A stretch of 14,194 nt of DNA, taken from Fidelibacterota bacterium. Its GTDB lineage: Bacteria; Fidelibacterota; Marinisomatia; Marinisomatales; TCS56. Positions 1 through 7,223 of this stretch are shown here, piece by piece. The notes beneath the pieces are model-generated. The model did not search any database. It saw only the letters and a list, made by a program, of their open reading frames with translations, and was not told the origin of the DNA. The stretch covers positions 1 through 14,194 of the forward strand of contig JBDRBK010000131.1 of assembly GCA_043822705.1 (NCBI GenBank), written 5' to 3'. A program made the position numbers and the translations under genes. Every line of letters starts with the position of its first letter. Positions within the stretch are counted from its first letter, which is position 1.

Positions 1-1
1 C

Positions 2-1093
2 ACCGACGCCCTCAATAATCCGGTCAGCAGCAAAACGGTTAACTTCACCATCAGTAATGGCACGGTTGCCAATGCCAGCGTCGTCACCGACGGCGCCGGA
101 CTGGCTGTCACCACTGTCACCGGTGTTGCCGGCACGATCGATCAGGTTGCCGAAGCCAAAGCGGTGCTGGCCGATTACAGCATTGTCCGCGACAGTCTGG
201 ATATCGATCTGCGGGGTGTGACAATGGCGCTCACCGCCAGTCCGACACGGATTCCGGCCGACGGCGTTTCCACCGCCGCGATTACAATCGACCTGCACGA
301 AACCACCAACGGTAACCCGGTGGTGAATCGGGGGATCAAACTGAAAACCACCCGGGGCGCCATCGCAGCAGCCGATACGACCAATAACAGCGGCAGTGCC
401 ACCGTCAGCTTGACCAGCGGCAGCGCCAGCGGCAGCGCCATTGTGACCGCCACCGCCGGAATAACCAATACGGTCACGGTCGAATTTTCGGCCCTGGATT
501 TTTCGATCAGCGCCGCCGATTACAATCTGGTGGCCGATGGTGCCAGCTCGGTTGACCTGACCGCCGTCCTGAAAGATGCCTACACCGGTAATCCGTTGAG
601 CAATCGAACGATTTACTGGTCCACCGATCTCGGCACCATCCCGGCCTCGTCCGTCACCAACGCCAGTGGTGCGGCAGTGGCGACTCTGACTGCCGGTACG
701 ACTGACGGAACCGCGAAAGTGTACGGCCGGTACGGCACCGTTAAAATCGATTCGGTTTCAATTACCATCGCCGCCATTCCCGACAGCAGTCTGATACTGG
801 CCTGGGTCAATCCCGGTGGTACTACTGGTAACGGTACTGAGAAGCTCACAATCACGGCGATCCTGAGTGATGAAAATGCACATCCGGTTGAAGGAGCAAC
901 AATCAATTTCACTATGTCACCGACTTATCTTGGTTCAATACTACCGACCGGAGATACTGATGTTAATGGTGTAGCTACTACAACATTAACATACTCAACC
1001 GCTTATACAGGCGTATCTATTCGCATTATAGCGACTAGTCAAAGCGGTAATATTTCCAATTACATCGACATCACCCTGCCGGAGGCTAATTGA
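2..1093 (+). CDS. Invasin/intimin-like Big_1 (bacterial Ig-like) repeat surface protein, 5'-truncated by the window
   Basis: Frame is open from position 2 (TDALNNPVSSKTVNF...) to TGA 1091-1093, so the ORF-track start at 164 is internal. About four Thr/Ala/Gly-rich units of roughly 90-100 aa repeat Big_1 hallmarks: ADGVSTAAIT / ADGASSVDLT / GNGTEKLTIT; NPVSSKTVNF / NPVVNRGIKL / NPLSNRTIYW / HPVEGATINF; TDGAGLA / TNNSGSA / TNASGAA / TDVNGVA. Confidence 0.85.
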   Translation, partial: TDALNNPVSSKTVNFTISNGTVANASVVTDGAGLAVTTVTGVAGTIDQVAEAKAVLADYSIVRDSLDIDLRGVTMALTASPTRIPADGVSTAAITIDLHETTNGNPVVNRGIKLKTTRGAIAAADTTNNSGSATVSLTSGSASGSAIVTATAGITNTVTVEFSALDFSISAADYNLVADGASSVDLTAVLKDAYTGNPLSNRTIYWSTDLGTIPASSVTNASGAAVATLTAGTTDGTAKVYGRYGTVKIDSVSITIAAIPDSSLILAWVNPGGTTGNGTEKLTITAILSDENAHPVEGATINFTMSPTYLGSILPTGDTDVNGVATTTLTYSTAYTGVSIRIIATSQSGNISNYIDITLPEAN

Positions 1094-1836
1094 TGAAACG
1101 CCGCGGGATATTGATGATAGCGGTTCTGATCGGGTGTTTCCTGGTCGCCCAGAACCCGCTTGGCAGCGCCGATACTCGTCAGGACCAGGGACAGCAGATG
1201 GGCGTCGAGTTGATCAGTTGCGATCGGGTGTTTGAGGGACTGGTGATCCGGACTGTTTTCACCGGCGGCAGTTTCGATTATCCGTTGACCACCGGCTCGC
1301 TGCTGAATCTGGCGCTGGGGATTAATCAATTGACGATTCCCTCGCAAACCAGCGGCATCTCCGACCTGAAAGGCAAACCGGCCATGTACGGTCGCGCTGA
1401 AATCTCGCACCGTTTCTGGCTGTTCTATGGTCGCGCCGCCGCCCTGTTTTACCGGACCAACGGCGAAGTCAGCGATGGGCGCGACGGCGTCAACACTTAT
1501 CGCTATCACAATCAATATACATTCTATGAATATCCGGCCGAGGCCGGCCTAAGCCTGACTGTCGGCCCTCTGGATTTCAACGCCGGTCTGCTGAAAACCT
1601 TCCTGTACGGCACCAACACCAAGCAACTGAAACTTGAACATGCCGGCGGTGTCACCGATCTGGGCCAGCGGGAATACTCGTTTATCGACCGTTTACCGGT
1701 CTGTCCGACGGCTGGTCTGACCTGGTCGATCAGCGCCAAATACAATCTGCGGATCAACTGCGATTATTATTCGCTGACCCGTTACCAGGCCGGGATTTCC
1801 TTCTGGAGCTCAGTCGCCCAGAGCGTCCGACTGTAA
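1093..1836 (+). CDS. Exported hypothetical protein, probably a small outer-membrane beta-barrel or lipoprotein
   Basis: GGAGG at 1081-1085. ATG at 1093 overlaps the upstream stop (TGATG). N-terminus MKRRGILMIAVLIGCFLVA is a signal peptide with a possible LIGC lipobox. Several amphipathic beta-strand-like segments (AEAGLSLTVGPLDFNAG, TAGLTWSIS, YQAGISFW). Confidence 0.7.
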   Translation: MKRRGILMIAVLIGCFLVAQNPLGSADTRQDQGQQMGVELISCDRVFEGLVIRTVFTGGSFDYPLTTGSLLNLALGINQLTIPSQTSGISDLKGKPAMYGRAEISHRFWLFYGRAAALFYRTNGEVSDGRDGVNTYRYHNQYTFYEYPAEAGLSLTVGPLDFNAGLLKTFLYGTNTKQLKLEHAGGVTDLGQREYSFIDRLPVCPTAGLTWSISAKYNLRINCDYYSLTRYQAGISFWSSVAQSVRL

Positions 1837-2529
1837 TTACAGTTGCCCGTTGTCGGCCAGGGAATAGTAGCCGTCCCCGGCAACGATGATGTGGTCGTGG
1901 ATCGCCACATCGATAGTGGCCGCGGCGGCTTTCAGTTTTTCGGTGATGGCCAGGTCATCCCGGCTGGGATGGCGGTTACCGCTGGGGTGGTTATGCACCA
2001 GCACTACGGCGGCCGCTTTGCGCTCCAGGATTTTTTTAATCACCTCCCGGGGATAGACTGCCGAAGCAGTCAGCGTGCCACGAAACAGCTCTTCGGTTCC
2101 CAGAATCTGGTTGCGCCCGTTCAGGTAAATGACCATGAACACTTCCTGGTCCCGCTCCTGGATGGAATGGCGCAGGAATTCGATTACCTGTTGGGAATTT
2201 TCGATGAAATCACTGCCGCTGATACGCTCCTCCAGGTAGCGCCGCGCCACGGCCGGGATTAGTTTCAGCCCGAAGATATTGTTCGGCCCGATACCGGGAA
2301 TTTTCCGCAGCTCCACCGGACCGGCCTCTAACACCGCCCGCAGCGAACCGAAGCGCTTAATGGCTGCCTTGGCGGACGCCTTGCAGTCGCGGCGCGGCGT
2401 ACCCAGCGTCAACAGCAACTCGATAATTTCATAATCGTGGAAACCGGCCAGACCGCCGCCGAGAAACCGTTCCCGCAACCGACCGCGATGGCCGGCCGAT
2501 GAATCACCGTTCAGATTATAATCGACCAT
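1837..2529 (-). CDS. radC: RadC-like JAB/MPN-domain protein (UPF0758)
   Basis: N-terminal GHRGRLRERF, DYEIIELLL, helix-hairpin-helix IPGIGP, VYPREV, JAB motif HNHPSG-x4-S-xx-D and DHIIV. Start ATG at 2529 is preceded by GGAGGAGGAG on the minus strand. Confidence 0.93.
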   Translation of the reverse strand: MVDYNLNGDSSAGHRGRLRERFLGGGLAGFHDYEIIELLLTLGTPRRDCKASAKAAIKRFGSLRAVLEAGPVELRKIPGIGPNNIFGLKLIPAVARRYLEERISGSDFIENSQQVIEFLRHSIQERDQEVFMVIYLNGRNQILGTEELFRGTLTASAVYPREVIKKILERKAAAVVLVHNHPSGNRHPSRDDLAITEKLKAAAATIDVAIHDHIIVAGDGYYSLADNGQL

Positions 2530-2573
2530 ACTCCTCCTCCGTAAAATATTATACAAACCGGCGGATCAGACCG

Positions 2574-3542
2574 TTAGTTGAATTTATTCAGTTTCTCTGC
2601 CAGTTCGCGTAATTCGTAAATATTTCCGGTTTCCGGTTCCGCCGCCGACCATTTGATCGCGAAATCGTCCGCATCGTCACCACCGCCTTCTTCCCGGTAT
2701 AAGCGGTACAGTTCGGCTACGGTCCGTGGTTTGCCGCTGTTGACACTGGCCACGATCCGGTAGGCCACGTCCTCGTGTAAATCGGTAATGATCCGCTCCG
2801 GCAATTTCCGGCTGAACAACTCGCGGTCGAGGCGCGACAGAAACAGGCCGCTGAGGATATAATCCTCGAAGGCCTCGTAAGCCAGCGGCACGATTCCCCG
2901 GATGATGCCGGCCATGGCGTCGGCATAAACCCGGATTTCGTACTGGGCATGCTGATCCATCCGCAGTCGCAGGAAATGGAAGGTGTTGTGCAAATCGTTT
3001 TTCCAGTACCACTGCGTGTACAGATTCACCGGCAGGATCGCCCGCGCCAGTTCCCGGGCAATACCGGCTTCGGCCAACTCGTTGTACAGTGCGAAACTAC
3101 GCTGGGACATTTCCTCGAAATACTGCACCGTCCGCTGGCGCAGTTCCTGCGGCACTTCCGCCGCTTCCCGGCCCTGTTTGTTGTCGAGGCTCTGGAAATG
3201 CACATCTTCCGGTCGCGGGATGTAGAACTCGTCCAGCGCCTCGGAATAACGCAGGCTGTATTCGTTGATATTAGCCGTCCGGTGGCGGACCCACTGGCGC
3301 GCCACGAAAATCGGCATCTTGGCATGGAATTTCAATTCCACCATCTCGAATGGCGAGGAATGATGATGGCGCATCAGGTAGCGGATCAGCGCCCGATCGC
3401 GGGAAACCTTGGTCGTGCCTTTGCCGTAGCTGACCCGGGCCGCCTGGACGATAGCCGCGTCGGATCCCATCGAATCGACCAGACGGACGAAACCTTTGTC
3501 CAGACAGGCGATTGCCCCCGCGGGTAATTCATGATCGCTCAT
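2574..3542 (-). CDS. thyX: FAD-dependent thymidylate synthase ThyX with long C-terminal extension
   Basis: AARVSY, HSSPFE, ThyX signature RHRTANINEYSLRY, ARELAR-x-ILP, LRLRMDQHAQYEIR. Confidence 0.97.
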   Translation of the reverse strand: MSDHELPAGAIACLDKGFVRLVDSMGSDAAIVQAARVSYGKGTTKVSRDRALIRYLMRHHHSSPFEMVELKFHAKMPIFVARQWVRHRTANINEYSLRYSEALDEFYIPRPEDVHFQSLDNKQGREAAEVPQELRQRTVQYFEEMSQRSFALYNELAEAGIARELARAILPVNLYTQWYWKNDLHNTFHFLRLRMDQHAQYEIRVYADAMAGIIRGIVPLAYEAFEDYILSGLFLSRLDRELFSRKLPERIITDLHEDVAYRIVASVNSGKPRTVAELYRLYREEGGGDDADDFAIKWSAAEPETGNIYELRELAEKLNKFN

Positions 3543-3552
3543 ATCAATACCT

Positions 3553-4329
3553 TCATTTTGTCAAAATTGCCAATGTTTTATCAACCGCAGCGCAGTCACC
3601 GGCCACCAGCCCCGGTGAAATCAGGGTGGACAGATTATTGTAAGTCACCGGCCGGCCGTTCAAATCGACCAGCTTACCGCCAGCCTCGTTGATCAGACAG
3701 TTACCGGCACAAATGTCCCATTCGTTCTTCGGTCGCAGTGAAGCGAAAATATCAGCCTGGCCGGCGGCGGTGAGACCAAGCTTGTAAGCCACACTGCCGA
3801 TGGCCCGTAATTCCCCGAACACGTTGCCGAATTGTTCCCACAGGCCACGGCGGGTCTCGGAGCGGCTGTTCAGAATGATCATTTCGGATGGCCGGTCTTT
3901 GGTGGCGCAGCGAATCGTTTTGCCGTTCAAACGGGCACCCTGCCCGCGAGTGGCTGTGAATAATTGCCGGGTAACCGGGTTGTACAGTACGCCCAGCACC
4001 GGCTGATGGTTTTCCACCAGCGCGATACTGATCACAAAATGTGGCACGCCTTCGATGAATTCCTTGGTGCCGTCCAGCGGATCGACGACCCAAACCCGTT
4101 CCCGTTCGAGTCGGTCACGCGAGTCGACAGTCTCTTCCGAGAGCCAGCCGTAATCCGGGAATGGTTCCCTCAGCAATTCCTTGAGCAGGGCATCCGCGGC
4201 ATGATCGGCTGTCGTAACCGGGTTATGGTAGCCCTTATCCCTGATTTCATAATCGGCCTGGTAATATTCCAGCACGGTCGCCCCGGCCTGCAGGGCAGCC
4301 TCAATTGCCAGTGTTAGTTCGGTTTCCAT
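3553..4329 (-). CDS. cysQ: 3'(2'),5'-bisphosphate nucleotidase CysQ / inositol monophosphatase family
   Basis: PVTTADHAA, WLSEE, WVVDPLDGTKEF and EWDICAG metal-binding motifs. DGTKEF favours the CysQ subfamily over SuhB. ATG at 4329. Confidence 0.88.
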   Translation of the reverse strand: METELTLAIEAALQAGATVLEYYQADYEIRDKGYHNPVTTADHAADALLKELLREPFPDYGWLSEETVDSRDRLERERVWVVDPLDGTKEFIEGVPHFVISIALVENHQPVLGVLYNPVTRQLFTATRGQGARLNGKTIRCATKDRPSEMIILNSRSETRRGLWEQFGNVFGELRAIGSVAYKLGLTAAGQADIFASLRPKNEWDICAGNCLINEAGGKLVDLNGRPVTYNNLSTLISPGLVAGDCAAVDKTLAILTK

Positions 4330-4461
4330 CAATACAATCTTTATTCTATCTGAGTGTTCGGTTCGGTAACAACCTTATTATTCGCATTAATATTCCCGCC
4401 GGAAATTGCCCGGCGACAGGTGCCCGGCTGGTACGACGATCGTACCGTGAGCTCCGCCATT

Positions 4462-4495
4462 CCGGCGGTTAAATTACAAAACCGGAGGTTAAATT
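4462..4495. repeat. Tandem 14-bp direct repeat with a 20-bp period
   Basis: CCGGCGGTTAAATT (4462-4475) and CCGGAGGTTAAATT (4482-4495), one mismatch. Confidence 0.7.
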
Positions 4496-4725
4496 CATCC
4501 GCCAAATACAGGTCTGATCCGGTTCATAGCGGTGCCTGCAGCGCTTGCCGAAACCGGAAATTATTATTACAAAGCTCTTGAGAATACCGCGGAATACAGT
4601 TAGTTTTGATTCTGATGGAGACGTGATAAAGGTGGTTTTGAAGCATTTATTCCAATAGACATCAAGGTTTTTTTGCCTTAAAAAGATTTTTTTTCTTTCC
4701 TTCATCCCGCCTTCATCTGTTACAA

Positions 4726-4867
4726 CGGTCCTGCGACGTCAGGTTGCCCGAGGCCGGCTTCAATCTGACAACTGAAAACGTCAATGCAGTGATCCGGAAT
4801 ATCGTACCCAAATTGGTACGGTGTTGTTTTGTTTAACATAAATAACGGAATTCCAATTCGATTGGAA
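4726..4867 (+). promoter_or_regulatory. Candidate structured 5' leader of rne/rng
   Basis: Series of inverted repeats directly upstream of ATG 4873: GTCAGGTTG/CAATCTGAC (4738-4769) nested within CTGC-GACGT/ACGTC-GCAG; ATCGTACC/GGTACGGT (4801-4822); TTCCAAT/ATTGGAA (4851-4867). Confidence 0.5.
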
Positions 4868-4872
4868 ATGAG

Positions 4873-6426
4873 ATGAAAAAAGAAATATATATTAATGAAA
4901 GCATGGGTGAAACCCGGATTGCTATTCTCGAAGATGACCAACTGGTGGAAGTGTATGTTGAAAAGCCCGACCACCAGCGCATGGTCGGTAACATTTATTT
5001 CGGAAAAGTGGAAAATGTGATTCCCGGGATGCAGGCGGCATTCGTGGATATCGGTTATGATATCAACGCCTTTCTGCCCTTTTCCGAAATCGAAACCAGT
5101 GACTATCTGGCTGAAGCCGAGGAAGACCTGGAAAATTCCCATAGCGCCAAACGGCGCCGAAAAAGCAACGACCGGATTGAAGTCGACCTGAAAACCGGAC
5201 AGGATATTTATGTCCAGGTGATCAAAGAGCCGTTCGCCGGTAAGGGTCCCCGGGTGACTACCGAAATAGCCCTTCCCGGCCGTTTGCTGGTGCTGGTACC
5301 AAGTGCCAATTACATCGGCATATCAAAAAAAATCTGGGATAAATACGAACGGCGGCGTCTCAAGCGGATCGTATCAAACTTCAAGGAACAGGATTTCGGC
5401 GTTATCGTGCGCACTGTGGCCGAGGGTAAAAGCGAAGAATTTCTACAGAACGACTATGATTCGCTGATCCAGAACTGGAATAAACTGATGAACAAGGCCA
5501 AGCGCAACCAGGCGCCTACCCTGGTATACGAGGATATGGAAACGGCCTCCAGCGTTGTTCGCGATCTATTCACGCCTGATATCGGCAAAATCGTCATTGA
5601 CTCGCGTAAACTATATCACAAGCTGCAGAATTATCTGGACGATATATCCCCTAATCTGGCGTCGCGGCTGGAGCGCTATAAAGCCAGTGTGCCGCTGTTC
5701 GAAGCCACCGGTATTGAGGCGGAGATCGATAAAGTGATGCGGGCCAAGGTCTGGCTGAAGAGCGGCGCCTATCTGATTATCGAAAAGACTGAAGCGATGG
5801 TGGTCGTCGACGTTAATAGTGGTCGCTTCATCGGGAAAAAAGAGCACGAAGACAATTCCCTGAAAATTAATCTGGAAGCCACCCGCGAAGTGGCCCGCCA
5901 ATTGCGGTTGCGCGATCTGTCCGGCCTGATCGTCATTGATTTTATCGACATGCGCGAAGAAGCCAATAAGCGCAAAATCTATTATGAATTGCGCAAGGAA
6001 TTGCGGAAGGATCGTGCCAAGGTGGCCGTATCACCGATTTCAGAATTCGGTCTGCTGGAAATGACGCGCCAGCGCATCCGGCTGAGCCTGCTAGATTCGA
6101 TGAGTGATGGCTGTCCTACCTGTCACGGTACCGGCCGGGTCCTCTCCAAGGAAGCAATGCTGACGCGGATCGATCACTGGATCCGCCGCTATCGCAGCAA
6201 CAACCGCGATCTGCGTCTGGAATTACGCTTGTCGTCGACAATGGCCGACTACCTGCGCGACCAGAAGCGTAAAGTCATGCGAGGACTAATGTGGCAGAAT
6301 CTGGTCCACATCCGGATTACGGAAGACAACAGCGTGCCAATCGACGAATTCCGTTTCATCTCCGTAAAATCAGGAACTGATGTTACCGATCAAATCGGAC
6401 TTGAAAAGGAACGCTCCCATGAATAA
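4873..6426 (+). CDS. rng: Ribonuclease E/G family endoribonuclease (short, RNase G-sized, no large scaffold)
   Basis: VGNIYFGKVENVIPGMQAAFVDIG (S1 domain), VQVIKEP, 5'-sensor IVRT, catalytic VDVNSG and IVIDFIDM, FGLLEMTRQR, Zn-link CPTCHGTG. 517 aa. The choice between rne and rng is uncertain. Confidence 0.95.
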   Translation: MKKEIYINESMGETRIAILEDDQLVEVYVEKPDHQRMVGNIYFGKVENVIPGMQAAFVDIGYDINAFLPFSEIETSDYLAEAEEDLENSHSAKRRRKSNDRIEVDLKTGQDIYVQVIKEPFAGKGPRVTTEIALPGRLLVLVPSANYIGISKKIWDKYERRRLKRIVSNFKEQDFGVIVRTVAEGKSEEFLQNDYDSLIQNWNKLMNKAKRNQAPTLVYEDMETASSVVRDLFTPDIGKIVIDSRKLYHKLQNYLDDISPNLASRLERYKASVPLFEATGIEAEIDKVMRAKVWLKSGAYLIIEKTEAMVVVDVNSGRFIGKKEHEDNSLKINLEATREVARQLRLRDLSGLIVIDFIDMREEANKRKIYYELRKELRKDRAKVAVSPISEFGLLEMTRQRIRLSLLDSMSDGCPTCHGTGRVLSKEAMLTRIDHWIRRYRSNNRDLRLELRLSSTMADYLRDQKRKVMRGLMWQNLVHIRITEDNSVPIDEFRFISVKSGTDVTDQIGLEKERSHE

Positions 6427-6450
6427 TTTCACCGGCTTTAGGAGGACATA

Positions 6451-6828
6451 ATGTACGCAGTTGTGAATATTCTCGGGCATCAGTACCGGGTCGCCGAACA
6501 GGAGCGACTGAAGGTAGCGCGCCTCGCTTCCGAAGCGGGCCAGAAGGTTACCTTCGACAACGTATTGATCGTGGATGACGGAAAAAATATCAAAATCGGT
6601 ACTCCGAATGTCAAGGATGCCACTGTCACCGCCAACGTGATCGAGCATGGTCGCGGTCGTAAGATTTTGATCTACAAAAAGAAACGCCGGAAGGGCTTCC
6701 AGCTTAAAAACGGTCACCGGCAGGGTTACACCCTTATTCAAATCGAAAAAATCAGCTCCAGCGCAGGCAAAAAATCCACCAGCCCAAAAGAAACCGCCGC
6801 CGCTGAAATTGAAGCAGGAAAAGAATAG
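6451..6828 (+). CDS. rplU: 50S ribosomal protein L21
   Basis: MYAVV...GHQYRV, KKKRRKG...GHRQGYT. SD AGGAGG upstream. Short Lys/Ala/Glu-rich C-terminal tail. Confidence 0.98.
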   Translation: MYAVVNILGHQYRVAEQERLKVARLASEAGQKVTFDNVLIVDDGKNIKIGTPNVKDATVTANVIEHGRGRKILIYKKKRRKGFQLKNGHRQGYTLIQIEKISSSAGKKSTSPKETAAAEIEAGKE

Positions 6829-6830
6829 TC

Positions 6831-7085
6831 ATGGCACATAAAAAAGGTGTGGGAAGTTCCCGCAACGGTCGTGATTCCAACGCCAAACGGCTGGGAGTCA
6901 AAGTTGCCGACGGTCAGGCGATTCTGGCCGGCGGTATCATCATCCGGCAGCGCGGTACGCATATTCTGCCCGGACTGAACGTTCAGCGCGGCAACGACGA
7001 TACCTTGTTTGCCACGGCCAACGGTGTAGTCAAATTCAATCGCCGCGGACGCGACCGCAAAGTGGTCAACGTCATTCCCGACTGA
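6831..7085 (+). CDS. rpmA: 50S ribosomal protein L27
   Basis: [24 protein letters not shown]...IIIRQRGT...DDTLFA. No N-terminal pro-peptide and no intervening prp/ysxB gene. Confidence 0.99.
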   Translation: MAHKKGVGSSRNGRDSNAKRLGVKVADGQAILAGGIIIRQRGTHILPGLNVQRGNDDTLFATANGVVKFNRRGRDRKVVNVIPD

Positions 7086-7108
7086 TCGCAGCTACAATAT
7101 TAACTGTT

Positions 7109-7148
7109 GAAAAACCCCGGAACCATTATCGATGGTCCGGGGTTTTTC
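7109..7148 (+). terminator. Intrinsic, probably bidirectional, terminator after rpmA
   Basis: GAAAAACCCCGG-A-ACCAT-tatcg-ATGGT-CCGGGGTTTTTC: long stem with a 5' A-tract and a 3' T-tract. Confidence 0.9.
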
Positions 7149-7223
7149 TGTATAAATAATTCTCGCAAATCAACCGATTGAAACTTAATTTAAGTGAAAA
7201 GTTAATAATCCAGGGAGTTGCCC

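Noticed and set aside
815..1062. Diversity-generating retroelement variable region at the 3' end of the Ig protein
   Set aside because: No template repeat or reverse transcriptase in the window. The region is A/T-enriched at third codon positions, which is not the DGR adenine-mutagenesis signature.
1831..1842. CTGT...ACAG as an E. coli-type LexA box near radC
   Set aside because: The spacer is 4 nt rather than 8, and the site is at the gene ends, not a promoter.
1837..2529. RadC as a marker of a mobile element or defence island
   Set aside because: It is the full-length form with an N-terminal HhH region among housekeeping genes. No integrase, transposase or CBASS-type genes nearby.
4354..4705. 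Two short intergenic ORFs (4354-4581 + and 4469-4705 -)
   Set aside because: No recognisable motifs or convincing SD, and they overlap hairpin and promoter-like DNA. Not supportable as CDS, although a small peptide cannot be excluded.
4673..4710. sigma70 promoter for rng (TTGCCT followed by a T-tract and CCCGCC)
   Set aside because: The -35 is plausible, but the hexamer at 17-18 nt (TTTCCT or TTCCTT) lacks the conserved A. Too weak to call.
4330..4872. tRNA, SRP RNA, 6S RNA, tmRNA or a known riboswitch in the intergenic region
   Set aside because: No tRNA T-loop or cloverleaf, SRP core or riboswitch consensus recognised by eye. A covariance-model search would be needed to exclude these fully.
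6760..6828. C-terminal tail on L21
   Set aside because: Short Lys/Ala/Glu-rich tails are common on L21 in many lineages and are not unusual.
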